Virus record (IMG/VR): IMGVR_UViG_3300028569_002417 | Span: 161,528-225,527 of that record | Direction: 5' to 3' (one strand) | DNA: 64,000 nt | Part shown: one piece after another, positions 39,371 to 48,517 of the stretch | How positions within the stretch are numbered: position 1 is the first letter of the stretch | Layout: the number at the start of each line of letters is the position of its first letter | Made by a program: the position numbers and the translations under genes | Notes under the pieces: model-generated | What the model saw: only the letters and a program-made list of their open reading frames with translations | Told to the model about the DNA's origin: nothing | Database searches by the model: none

Positions 39371-40591
39371 ATGCTTATTTCTATTTTCACGCCAACTCAT
39401 AATACAAAATATCTTAATCGTTTATATCAAACCATAAAAAATCAAACTTACCAGCAATGGGAATGGATTATTTGTCCCAATAATGGTGCTGTTGTTGATA
39501 TTAAGGATGATCCTAGAGTTAAGGTTTTTCCAACAAACGGCTCTACCAATATTGGTTATTTGAAGAAATATGCTGCGAGTAAGTGTAAGGGCGAAGCAAT
39601 CATGGAAGTTGACCATGATGATGAGCTTTTTCCTAATGCTGTTGAGGAATGTGCAAAGGCATTTGAAGATTCGACTGTTGATTTTGCATATTCAAATTGC
39701 TGTGACGTGCAGGAAAATTATGAGCCAAGATTTTTTAATGAGAAATTTGGCTGGGTAAACAGACCATGTGTTTATGATGGTCGTAATCTTGTTGAGATGG
39801 TTGCATTTCCTCCTGATCCTGCGAGTATAAGCAAGATTTGGTATGCTCCCAACCATTTTAGATCTTGGCGCAAATCATTTTATGATCGTATTGGTGGTCA
39901 CGATGAGAGCATGGATGTTCTTGATGATCAAGATATAATGTGTAGAACTTATATTCATGGCAAGATGTTTCATATTGACAAGCCATTATATGTTTATCAT
40001 TTGCATCCAGAAAACACTTGTTATGGCGAAAAGAATGCTAAGATTCAGGAATTGTGCGTTGAATTGCATGACAAATACATTTACAAACTTGTTGAAAAGT
40101 GGTGTGATGTCAACAATTTGAGAAAAATTGATTTATGTGGTGGATTTAGCAGGCCAATTGGATATGAAAGTGTCGATCTTGAAGGTGCTGATATTACTGC
40201 TGATTTGAATGAGCGTTGGCCTTTTGAAGATGGAAGTGTTGGTGTTTTTAGGGCTCATGATGCTCTTGAACATTTGAAAAATCCTATTCACGCTATGAAA
40301 GAAGCATATCGTTGTCTTGCTCCTAATGGTTGGTTTTTAACATTAACTCCAAGTACTGATGGTCGTGGTGCTTTCCAAGATCCTACTCACATTTCTTTTT
40401 GGAACAGCAATAGTTTTTGGTATTATACAAAAGCAGAGCAGGCCAAATATATTGGCACTCCTGTTAAGTTTCAGTTGAATAGGATCAAGAATTTTTATCC
40501 AAGTGATTGGCATAAGTTTCATCAGATTTTGTATGTAAAAGCAGATTTGCTGAAATTTTCTGGTCGTGTTGCAGGTGGGGTTGAGATTTAA
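39371..40591 (+). CDS. GT2 glycosyltransferase fused to SAM-methyltransferase-like domain
   Basis: ISIFTPTHN, EVDHDD, IGGHDE; IDLCGG, ADLNERWPF, HDALEHL, AFQDPTH. Confidence 0.85.
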   Translation: MLISIFTPTHNTKYLNRLYQTIKNQTYQQWEWIICPNNGAVVDIKDDPRVKVFPTNGSTNIGYLKKYAASKCKGEAIMEVDHDDELFPNAVEECAKAFEDSTVDFAYSNCCDVQENYEPRFFNEKFGWVNRPCVYDGRNLVEMVAFPPDPASISKIWYAPNHFRSWRKSFYDRIGGHDESMDVLDDQDIMCRTYIHGKMFHIDKPLYVYHLHPENTCYGEKNAKIQELCVELHDKYIYKLVEKWCDVNNLRKIDLCGGFSRPIGYESVDLEGADITADLNERWPFEDGSVGVFRAHDALEHLKNPIHAMKEAYRCLAPNGWFLTLTPSTDGRGAFQDPTHISFWNSNSFWYYTKAEQAKYIGTPVKFQLNRIKNFYPSDWHKFHQILYVKADLLKFSGRVAGGVEI

Positions 40592-40670
40592 TGATGGATG
40601 TTGTTTTTTCACATGAATATGGCGGGGAAATAGTCTTGTTTTGAGGATTGTTTCTTTGTATTATCGGGTG

Positions 40671-41990
40671 ATGAGCAAGCAAAGATTCCTAGATGTTTGT
40701 GTCGCTTCTCTTCGTGCAAAGGGTTTGTACGAAGAGCAGCGTTATGCCAAAAGATTGAAGTGGGAAACAGAAGAGATCATTGCGAAGGAAAAGCACGAAT
40801 ATTTCCTTGATTTGTATGATAAGAAGGTGAAGTATCCTAAAAATCAAAACAATCTTTTGGTTTGTTGGCTTTTAGGTTTAGTTCCAGATCATGACATTGA
40901 GAAAGATCCTTCAAATGTATTCACGGGTGACTTGCCCGATGTAGACATTGATTATATTCCAATGGTTCGTGATTATTTGAAGAATGAATGGGCACCGAAA
41001 ACATTTGGCGAAGATTATGTTTGTAACATTGGTAACTATACGACATTTGGAATTAAATCGGCATTGATTGACATGGCTCGTGTTCATGGCGAAAGTCGTG
41101 AAGAGGTCATGGCAATCACTAAGAATCTTGATGCTAAGGATGATGAAGGCAAACCAATCACATGGGATGCAGCATTAAGGCTTGACCCTGAATTCAAAGC
41201 ATATACTGAGAAATATCCGTCAATTGCTCAAGCAACAAAAAAATTAATTAATCGCAATCGTGGCATGGGAGTACATGCTGGTGGATTGATTGTTTCGAGA
41301 ATTCCACTTCATGATCTTGTTCCTTTGGTTAAAAGGAAAGGTAATCCTCAAGCTAGTGCATGGGTAGAGGGACTACATGGGCAGGATTTGCAGCCTGTTG
41401 GCCTTGTTAAATTTGACTTACTTGTGATTAGTAATCTTTTGCAAATTGCTCGTTGTTGCGAGACTGTTAGAATCAATCATGGTGTTACTTCAATTTGTGC
41501 CAAGCCCGGAGAGCCAGATTGGTCTGATGTTGATTGTTGGAGGAATGATCCTGATTCAATTGCAATGGCTAATCGTGGTGATTTGAAATGTATATTTCAA
41601 TTTGATTCTGAGGGAATGAGGGCATTGGTTAGGGCTGGAGGAGTTGATCGATTTGAAGATTTAGTGGCATATTCCAGTTTATTCCGACCCGGCTGTATTA
41701 AATGTTTGCAAAAAGATTCTTTTGTTATGTTATACAATGGTCAAAAAGAAATAAAAAATTTGCAGCCGGGCCTTGATAATATAGCGTATCTAAATTCTCA
41801 AAGAAAAGTAAATTACACAAAAAGATATTTTGTCATAAATTCTGGTTATAAAAAAATATTGAGAATCACAACTAAAAGTGGCAAAGTCTTGCTTCTCTCG
41901 CCTGATCATCCAGTCTTGACTGATAAATTGAAATATATAAAGGCAGGAGTTCTTAAAATTGGAGATAAAGTTGGAGTAATTAAAAAATAA
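40671..41990 (+). CDS. dnaE: DnaE middle part (catalytic palm) ending in N-intein
   Basis: LPDVDIDY, GVHAGGL, GLVKFDLL, IFQFDSEG, LFRPG then intein block A. Confidence 0.92.
   Translation: MSKQRFLDVCVASLRAKGLYEEQRYAKRLKWETEEIIAKEKHEYFLDLYDKKVKYPKNQNNLLVCWLLGLVPDHDIEKDPSNVFTGDLPDVDIDYIPMVRDYLKNEWAPKTFGEDYVCNIGNYTTFGIKSALIDMARVHGESREEVMAITKNLDAKDDEGKPITWDAALRLDPEFKAYTEKYPSIAQATKKLINRNRGMGVHAGGLIVSRIPLHDLVPLVKRKGNPQASAWVEGLHGQDLQPVGLVKFDLLVISNLLQIARCCETVRINHGVTSICAKPGEPDWSDVDCWRNDPDSIAMANRGDLKCIFQFDSEGMRALVRAGGVDRFEDLVAYSSLFRPGCIKCLQKDSFVMLYNGQKEIKNLQPGLDNIAYLNSQRKVNYTKRYFVINSGYKKILRITTKSGKVLLLSPDHPVLTDKLKYIKAGVLKIGDKVGVIKK
41703..41987 (+). mobile_element. Split intein N-half (95 aa)
   Basis: CLQKDSFV (block A), GKVLLLSPDHPVLT (block B), LKIGDKV then stop. 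Confidence 0.88.
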
Positions 41991-42025
41991 TTCATATATA
42001 TCCTTGCACAGAGCGGGAGATATAT

Positions 42026-43039
42026 ATGATTTGTAAAATATGCAATAAAGAGGTATCAGAAAAATTTTATCGCCATCTAAATAGTAGTCATAAGATGAAA
42101 AAAGGAGATTATCTAAATTTGTTTCCAGAGCAAAAAGAGGAGTACAAAAGTCAAATTTCTGTTTTGTGGAACAAAGGAAAAACCAAGTGCGATGATGATC
42201 GCATCATGGCGATTGCCGATAAGATAAAAAAATTCACAGGACAGGAACACATACGAAAGCAAAGATCGGAAAACATGAAAAAAATGTATCAAAATGGTGA
42301 TATGTTGTCCCCTGAGATGAGAGCTTATGTGCAAAAAAAAGGCACAGATGGATGGGTCAAAAAGGTTAAGGAATCTTCTTTTGAAGAAAGAAAGATATTA
42401 TTAAAGAATTTTTCTGATGCTGGCAACAAAAAAATACAAGAAAATAAAATAAATCGCACGCCTGAAGATTATATGCGAATTTGCAAAAATGCCAAAGGAA
42501 AAGCTCAATATGGTAATTGTGCAGAATGCGGAAATCAAATTGTAATATGGGTTGGAGGCAAGCCACGACCTAAACAAAGATTTTGTAATCAATCATGTCA
42601 AAAAATATATCAAAAAAAACATCCTTTTTATACATTATCTCATGTTGGAAAGCATTATTTTTCAGAAAAAATGCAATGTGAATTTTATCTAAGATCAAAA
42701 TTAGAAATTTGGCTTGCAGAAATGTTAGATGTAAATGAAAAAGTGAATTCTTGGCATATTACACCATTCGCTGTAAGCTACGAGTTTCATGGAAAAAAAC
42801 GATTGTATTACCCAGATTTCATGATAAACTCAAAGTGGGTTGTTGAATTGAAATCTGGTTATATATTTGACATCGATGCCGACAAAAATAGAGCAAAGTT
42901 TATGGCTGCACAAGATTATTCAGAGGAGATAAATTGTGAGTTTTTTTATTGGCAATTTGATAATCACAATATGACAAAAAAGTTATTTGAAAAAGATCAA
43001 AGGGTGATTGATTTCTTTTCATTTTTACAGGAAGCATGA
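42026..43039 (+). CDS. Free-standing putative homing endonuclease (Zn fingers + TnsA-N-like PD-(D/E)XK)
   Basis: CKIC..HL..H, GKTK..D.RI, CAEC..FCNQSC, LRSKLE, YYPDF, VELKS; lies between split-intein halves. Confidence 0.8.
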   Translation: MICKICNKEVSEKFYRHLNSSHKMKKGDYLNLFPEQKEEYKSQISVLWNKGKTKCDDDRIMAIADKIKKFTGQEHIRKQRSENMKKMYQNGDMLSPEMRAYVQKKGTDGWVKKVKESSFEERKILLKNFSDAGNKKIQENKINRTPEDYMRICKNAKGKAQYGNCAECGNQIVIWVGGKPRPKQRFCNQSCQKIYQKKHPFYTLSHVGKHYFSEKMQCEFYLRSKLEIWLAEMLDVNEKVNSWHITPFAVSYEFHGKKRLYYPDFMINSKWVVELKSGYIFDIDADKNRAKFMAAQDYSEEINCEFFYWQFDNHNMTKKLFEKDQRVIDFFSFLQEA

Positions 43040-43040
43040 A

Positions 43041-43172
43041 ATGCTTGATTTTGAAGAAATAGTTCAGATTGAAGAGGTTGGTGAAGATGATTGTTATGAT
43101 ATTATGTTGTTAGAAAAAGACTTGTATTTGGACGAGCCAAATTTTATAGCTAACGATATTGTTGTTCACAAT
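43041..43172 (+). mobile_element. Split intein C-half (44 aa)
   Basis: EIVQIEEVGEDDCYDI...NFIANDIVVHN followed by Cys+1. Confidence 0.9.
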
Positions 43173-45560
43173 TGTGGCATGGACAAGCGTTATGTTGAGC
43201 GTAAGAAGGGTCATGAAAAATATGAAATTCATCATTTAATCAAGCCTATTCTTGAAAAAACATATGGAGTTATGATTTATCAAGAGCAAATCATGCAGAT
43301 ATTGAATGTTGTTGGTGAAATTCCTTTGAAGGATTGTGAAGCTGTAAGAAAAGCTATATCAAAGAAGAAAATAGAATCTATTGAAAAATATAAAGATATG
43401 TTTATTAAGAATGGGCAGAAAAATTTAAGTTTTACAAAAGAACAAATGGAAGAGTTTTTTAATCAAATATTGTCTTGGAGTGAATATGGCTTTAATAAAA
43501 CTTTGACCGAAGACACAATTATAAATTGTGTTGATGGCGCAAAGCAAATAAAAGACATTTGTGCCGGAGACATAGTTTATTCTATAAATGAAAAGGGAGA
43601 ACAGGTACAAACTGAAGTTGCGGCAGTTCATGATCATGGCGTGGTCAATGTTGTGGAGGCGACATTTGATGACGGCTATGTTGTGAGGTGTACTTATGAT
43701 CACAAATTTTTGACTGAAGAAGGACAAGTTCCTCTTTGGTTAATTGTTAAAGACAACATGGTTGTGCTGAGTTCTCCGTTGGGAGAACATGCAGGGGAAG
43801 AAAAAGAATGGTCATCTGGCAAGGTGTGGACAAATAATAAAAACTCTGGAAAAGATGAAAGAGCATCGAGAGAATTGCAAGGAGTGCAACTATCTGAAGT
43901 GGAGGCTGGAGGGAAAGAAATACATTTCCAGATGCGGAGTGGAATTTCTGCGTTCACCTCAACTGGTCCAAAATCATCAGAAAACTGGAGAAATGAATTC
44001 GGAGTGGTTCACTTCACTCCAGAGTATGCTTCTATCACCAATACCCGGAATTTGGTGTCTAGGAGAATATTACGAGTTGTGACCGTGGGTAAAAGACAAT
44101 GTTACGATCTTGAAGTCGCCATCTCAACTCACAACTTTATTCTTCCGAATGGAATAATCACATCGAACTCACATGCTGTGGCTTATACTTACATCAGCAT
44201 GTATCTTTTGTATTTGAAGGTTCATTACCCTCATGAATTTTATGCTAGCATGTTATCATGTGAGACTTTGGCTGAGAAGATAAAAGACATTAAGATGGAG
44301 GCTAAGATACATGGTGTTGAGATGCATCGTCTTGACATTAACAAATCTGGCATTAATTTTGAGCTTAAGGATAATTTAATTTATTTTGGTTTTAGTAATG
44401 TGAAGGGTATAGGAGAGGGTCCTGCTCAAAAGATAGTGGCTGGTCAGCCGTATCGTAGTTTTGAGGATTTCCTTTATCGATGTGGAACAGATGCTTCGAT
44501 GTTGAAGCCGATACTTGGTTTAAGATGTTTTAGGGATCGTGATCCAATTACTTTGTGGAAATTTGCAGAGCATTTCAAAGAATGTTTTAAGAAAAACGAA
44601 GAGAAGCGCAAGCGTTTTGGTACTTCTTTGGAGAGGTACGAAGACGAGTTAAGGGAGCTTATTCCTGAAGTTGAATTCAAATTATCTGATTTGAGTGGTG
44701 ATTCACCATTTGATAACATTGAGTATCAGCAAAAATATGATAAGGAAGAGGAGATTACTGTTCTCAAGGAGTATGAGTGTAAGGAAGGGGATGGTGTTGG
44801 AAGGATTGAGATGGTATATGTTCCTGTTGATGGGACTGATGTTGTGATTGAGCGTGAGGTGATGAGATATTACAAGAAGATTGCTACTAAGAGGCCTTGG
44901 AACAGGTGGAAGGATCTTAAGAATCTTTGGAATAAAAGAAAGAGAACTATAGCGAGATTTTCTGATGCTGATTTCAAGACATTGCCAAGATTGATTGATT
45001 TCGATCCAGACCAATATGATATACCTAAGGATTTGGCTAAGGAGTTTAAGAATCCGGTTGTTTCAGAAGAAAAGTTTTATGGATTTGCTTGGATTCATGA
45101 GCTTGAGAGAAGTCCTGATTATAGAGGGAATTTGACATTTGATTCTTTGAGAAGTGACATTGACAGTTCTTCTGGTCCTGTTGAGTTGAGGGTTAAGAAA
45201 GTAATTCAGATGACTAGTAAAAAGGGTTCTACTTATTCTCAGGTATTGGCGGAAGATGTTACTGGTCAAGAGAATAAGATTAATGTTTGGTCTGATGACT
45301 GGGATCGTTGGCATAAAGAATTAAGTGAAGGTAACTTAATTAGGATAAGATTGCAACCTCCTTCTGGTGGTTTCAATACATTCTTGTTGGAATCAAATCA
45401 GAATGGCAAGTATAGAGGTCAGAAGAGATATCGAGACAAGGATGATGATCCTCGTGTTATTGTCATGAGAGTTGGCTTAAAAGAAGAAGAGAAATTCATG
45501 ACAGATGAAGAGGTTTTGGAACTTTTTAATAATTTAGGTATGGAAAATAAAAATGACTGA
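43041..45560 (+). CDS. dnaE: DnaE C-terminal part, starting with C-intein and containing a cis intein
   Basis: ILEKTYGVMIYQEQIMQ, YGFNK..SHAVAY, YLKVHYP, DINKS, VKGIG, OB-fold end. Confidence 0.92.
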   Translation: MLDFEEIVQIEEVGEDDCYDIMLLEKDLYLDEPNFIANDIVVHNCGMDKRYVERKKGHEKYEIHHLIKPILEKTYGVMIYQEQIMQILNVVGEIPLKDCEAVRKAISKKKIESIEKYKDMFIKNGQKNLSFTKEQMEEFFNQILSWSEYGFNKTLTEDTIINCVDGAKQIKDICAGDIVYSINEKGEQVQTEVAAVHDHGVVNVVEATFDDGYVVRCTYDHKFLTEEGQVPLWLIVKDNMVVLSSPLGEHAGEEKEWSSGKVWTNNKNSGKDERASRELQGVQLSEVEAGGKEIHFQMRSGISAFTSTGPKSSENWRNEFGVVHFTPEYASITNTRNLVSRRILRVVTVGKRQCYDLEVAISTHNFILPNGIITSNSHAVAYTYISMYLLYLKVHYPHEFYASMLSCETLAEKIKDIKMEAKIHGVEMHRLDINKSGINFELKDNLIYFGFSNVKGIGEGPAQKIVAGQPYRSFEDFLYRCGTDASMLKPILGLRCFRDRDPITLWKFAEHFKECFKKNEEKRKRFGTSLERYEDELRELIPEVEFKLSDLSGDSPFDNIEYQQKYDKEEEITVLKEYECKEGDGVGRIEMVYVPVDGTDVVIEREVMRYYKKIATKRPWNRWKDLKNLWNKRKRTIARFSDADFKTLPRLIDFDPDQYDIPKDLAKEFKNPVVSEEKFYGFAWIHELERSPDYRGNLTFDSLRSDIDSSSGPVELRVKKVIQMTSKKGSTYSQVLAEDVTGQENKINVWSDDWDRWHKELSEGNLIRIRLQPPSGGFNTFLLESNQNGKYRGQKRYRDKDDDPRVIVMRVGLKEEEKFMTDEEVLELFNNLGMENKND
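43500..44168 (+). mobile_element. Cis intein (223 aa) at YGFNK|SH, begins with Thr
   Basis: TLTEDT, CTYDHKFLT, CYDLEV..HNFILPNGIITSN|S. Confidence 0.88.
43789..44082 (+). CDS. Overprinted alternative-frame ORF inside the intein (Cys/His-rich)
   Basis: GGGAG RBS + ATG; spans the intein linker and ends just inside the C-terminal splicing region. Confidence 0.45.
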   Translation: MQGKKKNGHLARCGQIIKTLEKMKEHRENCKECNYLKWRLEGKKYISRCGVEFLRSPQLVQNHQKTGEMNSEWFTSLQSMLLSPIPGIWCLGEYYEL

Positions 45561-46047
45561 TGAATTAATTATCGATGAAAATAATTTTAGTACTTATTTC
45601 AGGGATTGTCGTTTGCATCGTCCTGAAAGAAGTGATGTCATGGCAAGATATTCTGCAATTGCAGAGTTTATTGATGGTCAGATGAAGAAAGATATCATTA
45701 ATTTGCTTTCAAGTTATGACAGTAAGGCTATTGCTGCTACTCAGGTTATGAGGAAGCTTGGATGTGCTACAGAAGGCGAATCTATAAGAATATGCAGGGA
45801 GGTAGCAGAAGATTTAGCTAATGGTATGGGGCCATTGGAAGTTGAGAATAAAGTTTACAAATATAAGATGGAAGTTTTTTATTATACGAAGAGGGAATAC
45901 GTTCCTGTTGATGATCCACATTGGACAGTAATTAGTATTGCAAATTTGGATAAATTCTTGGATAATGCAAATCAATTGGTTTCGATTAAGTCAAAAATCA
46001 TTGAACCGGAGAGTTCAAATGAGATACAAGTTGAGCAACATGTCTGA
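45553..46047 (+). CDS. Hypothetical protein
   Basis: Overlaps dnaE stop. Confidence 0.6.
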   Translation: MTDELIIDENNFSTYFRDCRLHRPERSDVMARYSAIAEFIDGQMKKDIINLLSSYDSKAIAATQVMRKLGCATEGESIRICREVAEDLANGMGPLEVENKVYKYKMEVFYYTKREYVPVDDPHWTVISIANLDKFLDNANQLVSIKSKIIEPESSNEIQVEQHV

Positions 46048-46594
46048 TGAAGTTGTTCTGATTGATACTCCTTACTGTCCTGATGCTGGTAATTTTGCAA
46101 GAACTCGAAAGATTGTTGAAGAAAAATATAAAATTGATAATTGGTTTTATTGTCGTGATCTTTTCCATAATGTTTTATGGAATTTGAAAATATTTTTCTT
46201 TAGCCACAATTGGAACAGGGGTTCTTCTGTGGCTGCTTTTATGAAAAAAATTGAAGATATTCTTGATGTTGAACCAAGATCTCAGTTTGGTCGAACCCAA
46301 ATAAAAAGGGTTATGTGGGTCAAACCGAGTGTTTGGTGGATAAAGCAAGGAATGAGAAGATCTTTGTTTACGATACTTTTGCGTGTAGGCGTTAAGTATG
46401 TGGTTTCCAAAGATAATTTTGAAGAAGTTATCAAATCAGAAAAATATTTACATCAAACTTATTATGCTTTTGAAAGATTTATGAATGGCAATACGAAGTA
46501 CAAAGGTCATAAACGTGGTTGGTACAAGCAATTTTGTGAAATAAATATGTCGAATGAAGAGATAGATAAGTTGTTAGTTATGCCAAAAAAATAA
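46040..46594 (+). CDS. Hypothetical protein
   Basis: Overlaps upstream stop. Confidence 0.6.
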   Translation: MSDEVVLIDTPYCPDAGNFARTRKIVEEKYKIDNWFYCRDLFHNVLWNLKIFFFSHNWNRGSSVAAFMKKIEDILDVEPRSQFGRTQIKRVMWVKPSVWWIKQGMRRSLFTILLRVGVKYVVSKDNFEEVIKSEKYLHQTYYAFERFMNGNTKYKGHKRGWYKQFCEINMSNEEIDKLLVMPKK

Positions 46595-46681
46595 TTTTAT
46601 CGGCATAGATAAGAATAATTCTTTATTAAAGAAAAAAGACTGATTAAAAGGATTTTTAAGTTGCCGGAAAAAGGACAAAAT

Positions 46682-47308
46682 ATGAACAGTATGAGTAGCA
46701 TGATGGATGATATCAACAAATATGCAGATATTTGGGACAAGGCTTTAGCAAAGGGCATTTTTAATGGTGCTCCTAAGCCTCCTACTCCAATTGAGCCAGA
46801 AGCTAGTGCTGATTTCTTTGGTCAGATGAAGACTGGCGAGTATGACATTGATGCTCCTTTGAATGAAGGAGAGGCCAAATACTGGAGGGATGTTTCCCGC
46901 AGTGCTGCTGGTCGTTCTTCCTATCATATGCCTCTTAATGAAGAGCGTGAAGTAGACAAGAAGTCGATTAAGAAGGCTTCTAACCGTCTTGGAAGCACCT
47001 TTAATCCTGTCTACAACAATACTGTTGGCAAGGATCAAGATTTGGGTACTCCTGACAAGGTTACCAAGAATTGGGGTGTTGGTGGTAAGGATCTGAATGA
47101 TCTAGAAGACCTTAAGAAGCGCCTTTATAATCTTGAAGTAGAATTAAGTAAGGCTGGTATCATTAAGGGTGAAAAGGGCAAAAAAAAGGCTGATTCAGAA
47201 AGCACCATCCTTAAGAGCATGGACGATTTGAAGAAAGACATTGATGGTCTTAGCGACAAGTTAAATGGCAATCGCACAGACGAGAGCATTCGTCGCAGAA
47301 GAAAATAA
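46682..47308 (+). CDS. Hypothetical protein
   Basis: AAGGA RBS; PLNE motif twice; coiled coil. Confidence 0.6.
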   Translation: MNSMSSMMDDINKYADIWDKALAKGIFNGAPKPPTPIEPEASADFFGQMKTGEYDIDAPLNEGEAKYWRDVSRSAAGRSSYHMPLNEEREVDKKSIKKASNRLGSTFNPVYNNTVGKDQDLGTPDKVTKNWGVGGKDLNDLEDLKKRLYNLEVELSKAGIIKGEKGKKKADSESTILKSMDDLKKDIDGLSDKLNGNRTDESIRRRRK

Positions 47309-47364
47309 CTTTGATTTAATGTTATGTCCCCCTTAGAATTTTATAAGTTCTAAGGGGTATTTTT

Positions 47365-47907
47365 ATGTCTGCTAATCCGTGGAAAGCATCTGATGAGGTC
47401 ATTCAGATTCTAAATCTTGTCAAGTCTAAGCATCATTCTCCTAGACTTGATGATTTTAGAGTTGCTGTTTGTTTTGATGACAGCAAGCCTTTTGTTAAGA
47501 ATAAGCTTAATCTTGGAAAATTGAGTAAGTTTAGTGCCACTGCTAGGTTATGGCAGAGGGAGAAGTATGATTTTTGTTTGATTATTCCGATGGAGTTGTG
47601 GACTACTGCTTTGAAGGTTGATCAGAGGGAAGCATATCTTGATCTTATGTTGACTCGTTGTGACATGGAATATGTTCCAGAAGTTATTGAGGAGAACGGG
47701 AAAAAAATCAAGCTTACGGATGAATTTGGCAGGATTAAATACAGTAAAGTTCCGAAAGAGGATAAGGAAGGAAATGTTAAGTGGAAAATAGATCCTTTGG
47801 ATCTTGAGGTTTTTGCCAAGAATGTTCGTAAATATGGATTATGGCAAGAAGATTTGTTGATTTTCAAAGAAGCGATCTTAGCCGTTGATGGGGGCTTAGG
47901 TGGGTAA
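47365..47907 (+). CDS. Phage metallopeptidase-like protein lacking HExxH
   Basis: YDFCLII..W..QREAYLDLMLTRC..PLDLEVF..VRKYGLW. Confidence 0.5.
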   Translation: MSANPWKASDEVIQILNLVKSKHHSPRLDDFRVAVCFDDSKPFVKNKLNLGKLSKFSATARLWQREKYDFCLIIPMELWTTALKVDQREAYLDLMLTRCDMEYVPEVIEENGKKIKLTDEFGRIKYSKVPKEDKEGNVKWKIDPLDLEVFAKNVRKYGLWQEDLLIFKEAILAVDGGLGG

Positions 47908-48316
47908 ATCAAAACTGATTGAGATTGTTGTGCTGGGTTTGTGGCTTCTTATTGCTATTGTTTTATTTGTAAGGTTGCAGCCCAGCGCACAATATGTTCC
48001 TTCTTCTCCGGAAGGCATTATTAATCCAGAAAAATCTTATGATGTTAAGAAAATATCGATAGTTGATGGTAATACTTTTGATTTAATTTTGAATGATAAT
48101 TCTGTTTCGAGGATATTGGCGGAAATTCCTGTGAAGACTGTAATTGAAGCAAAGAAAAAATTAATTGATCTTTTCAACAATTGTGAGAAGCCAAGAGTTG
48201 TTTTGAAGAAAAAAGATTCTGATGGGAAGTGGATTGTAGATTTCTATATTCATATTAATTCTAAAGAAATTGATCTTATTGATTGGATGAGGTCTAATAA
48301 TTTGGTATATCAATAA
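47900..48316 (+). CDS. Membrane-anchored thermonuclease (SNase)-like protein
   Basis: TM helix; ISIVDGNTFDL; KDSDGKWIVD. Confidence 0.45.
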   Translation: MGKSKLIEIVVLGLWLLIAIVLFVRLQPSAQYVPSSPEGIINPEKSYDVKKISIVDGNTFDLILNDNSVSRILAEIPVKTVIEAKKKLIDLFNNCEKPRVVLKKKDSDGKWIVDFYIHINSKEIDLIDWMRSNNLVYQ

Positions 48317-48328
48317 CTCTTGTAAGTT

Positions 48329-48517
48329 ATGGAAAAGAACTTCATGGTTAGGTGTCACAAGTGCAGATGGGCGAGGTTATCAACAGGTTTATCCTCTGAT
48401 CTTGCCGATTTGAAGGAAATTATTTCTTGTCCAACTTGTGGCAAGGCTAGACAATTTAAGTGTCCAAAGTGTGGTCTTGTGGCTAAGTTGACTAGAGTCA
48501 AGAGAACTGATGGATGA
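48329..48517 (+). CDS. Small zinc-ribbon protein
   Basis: Three CxxC pairs. Confidence 0.6.
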   Translation: MEKNFMVRCHKCRWARLSTGLSSDLADLKEIISCPTCGKARQFKCPKCGLVAKLTRVKRTDG

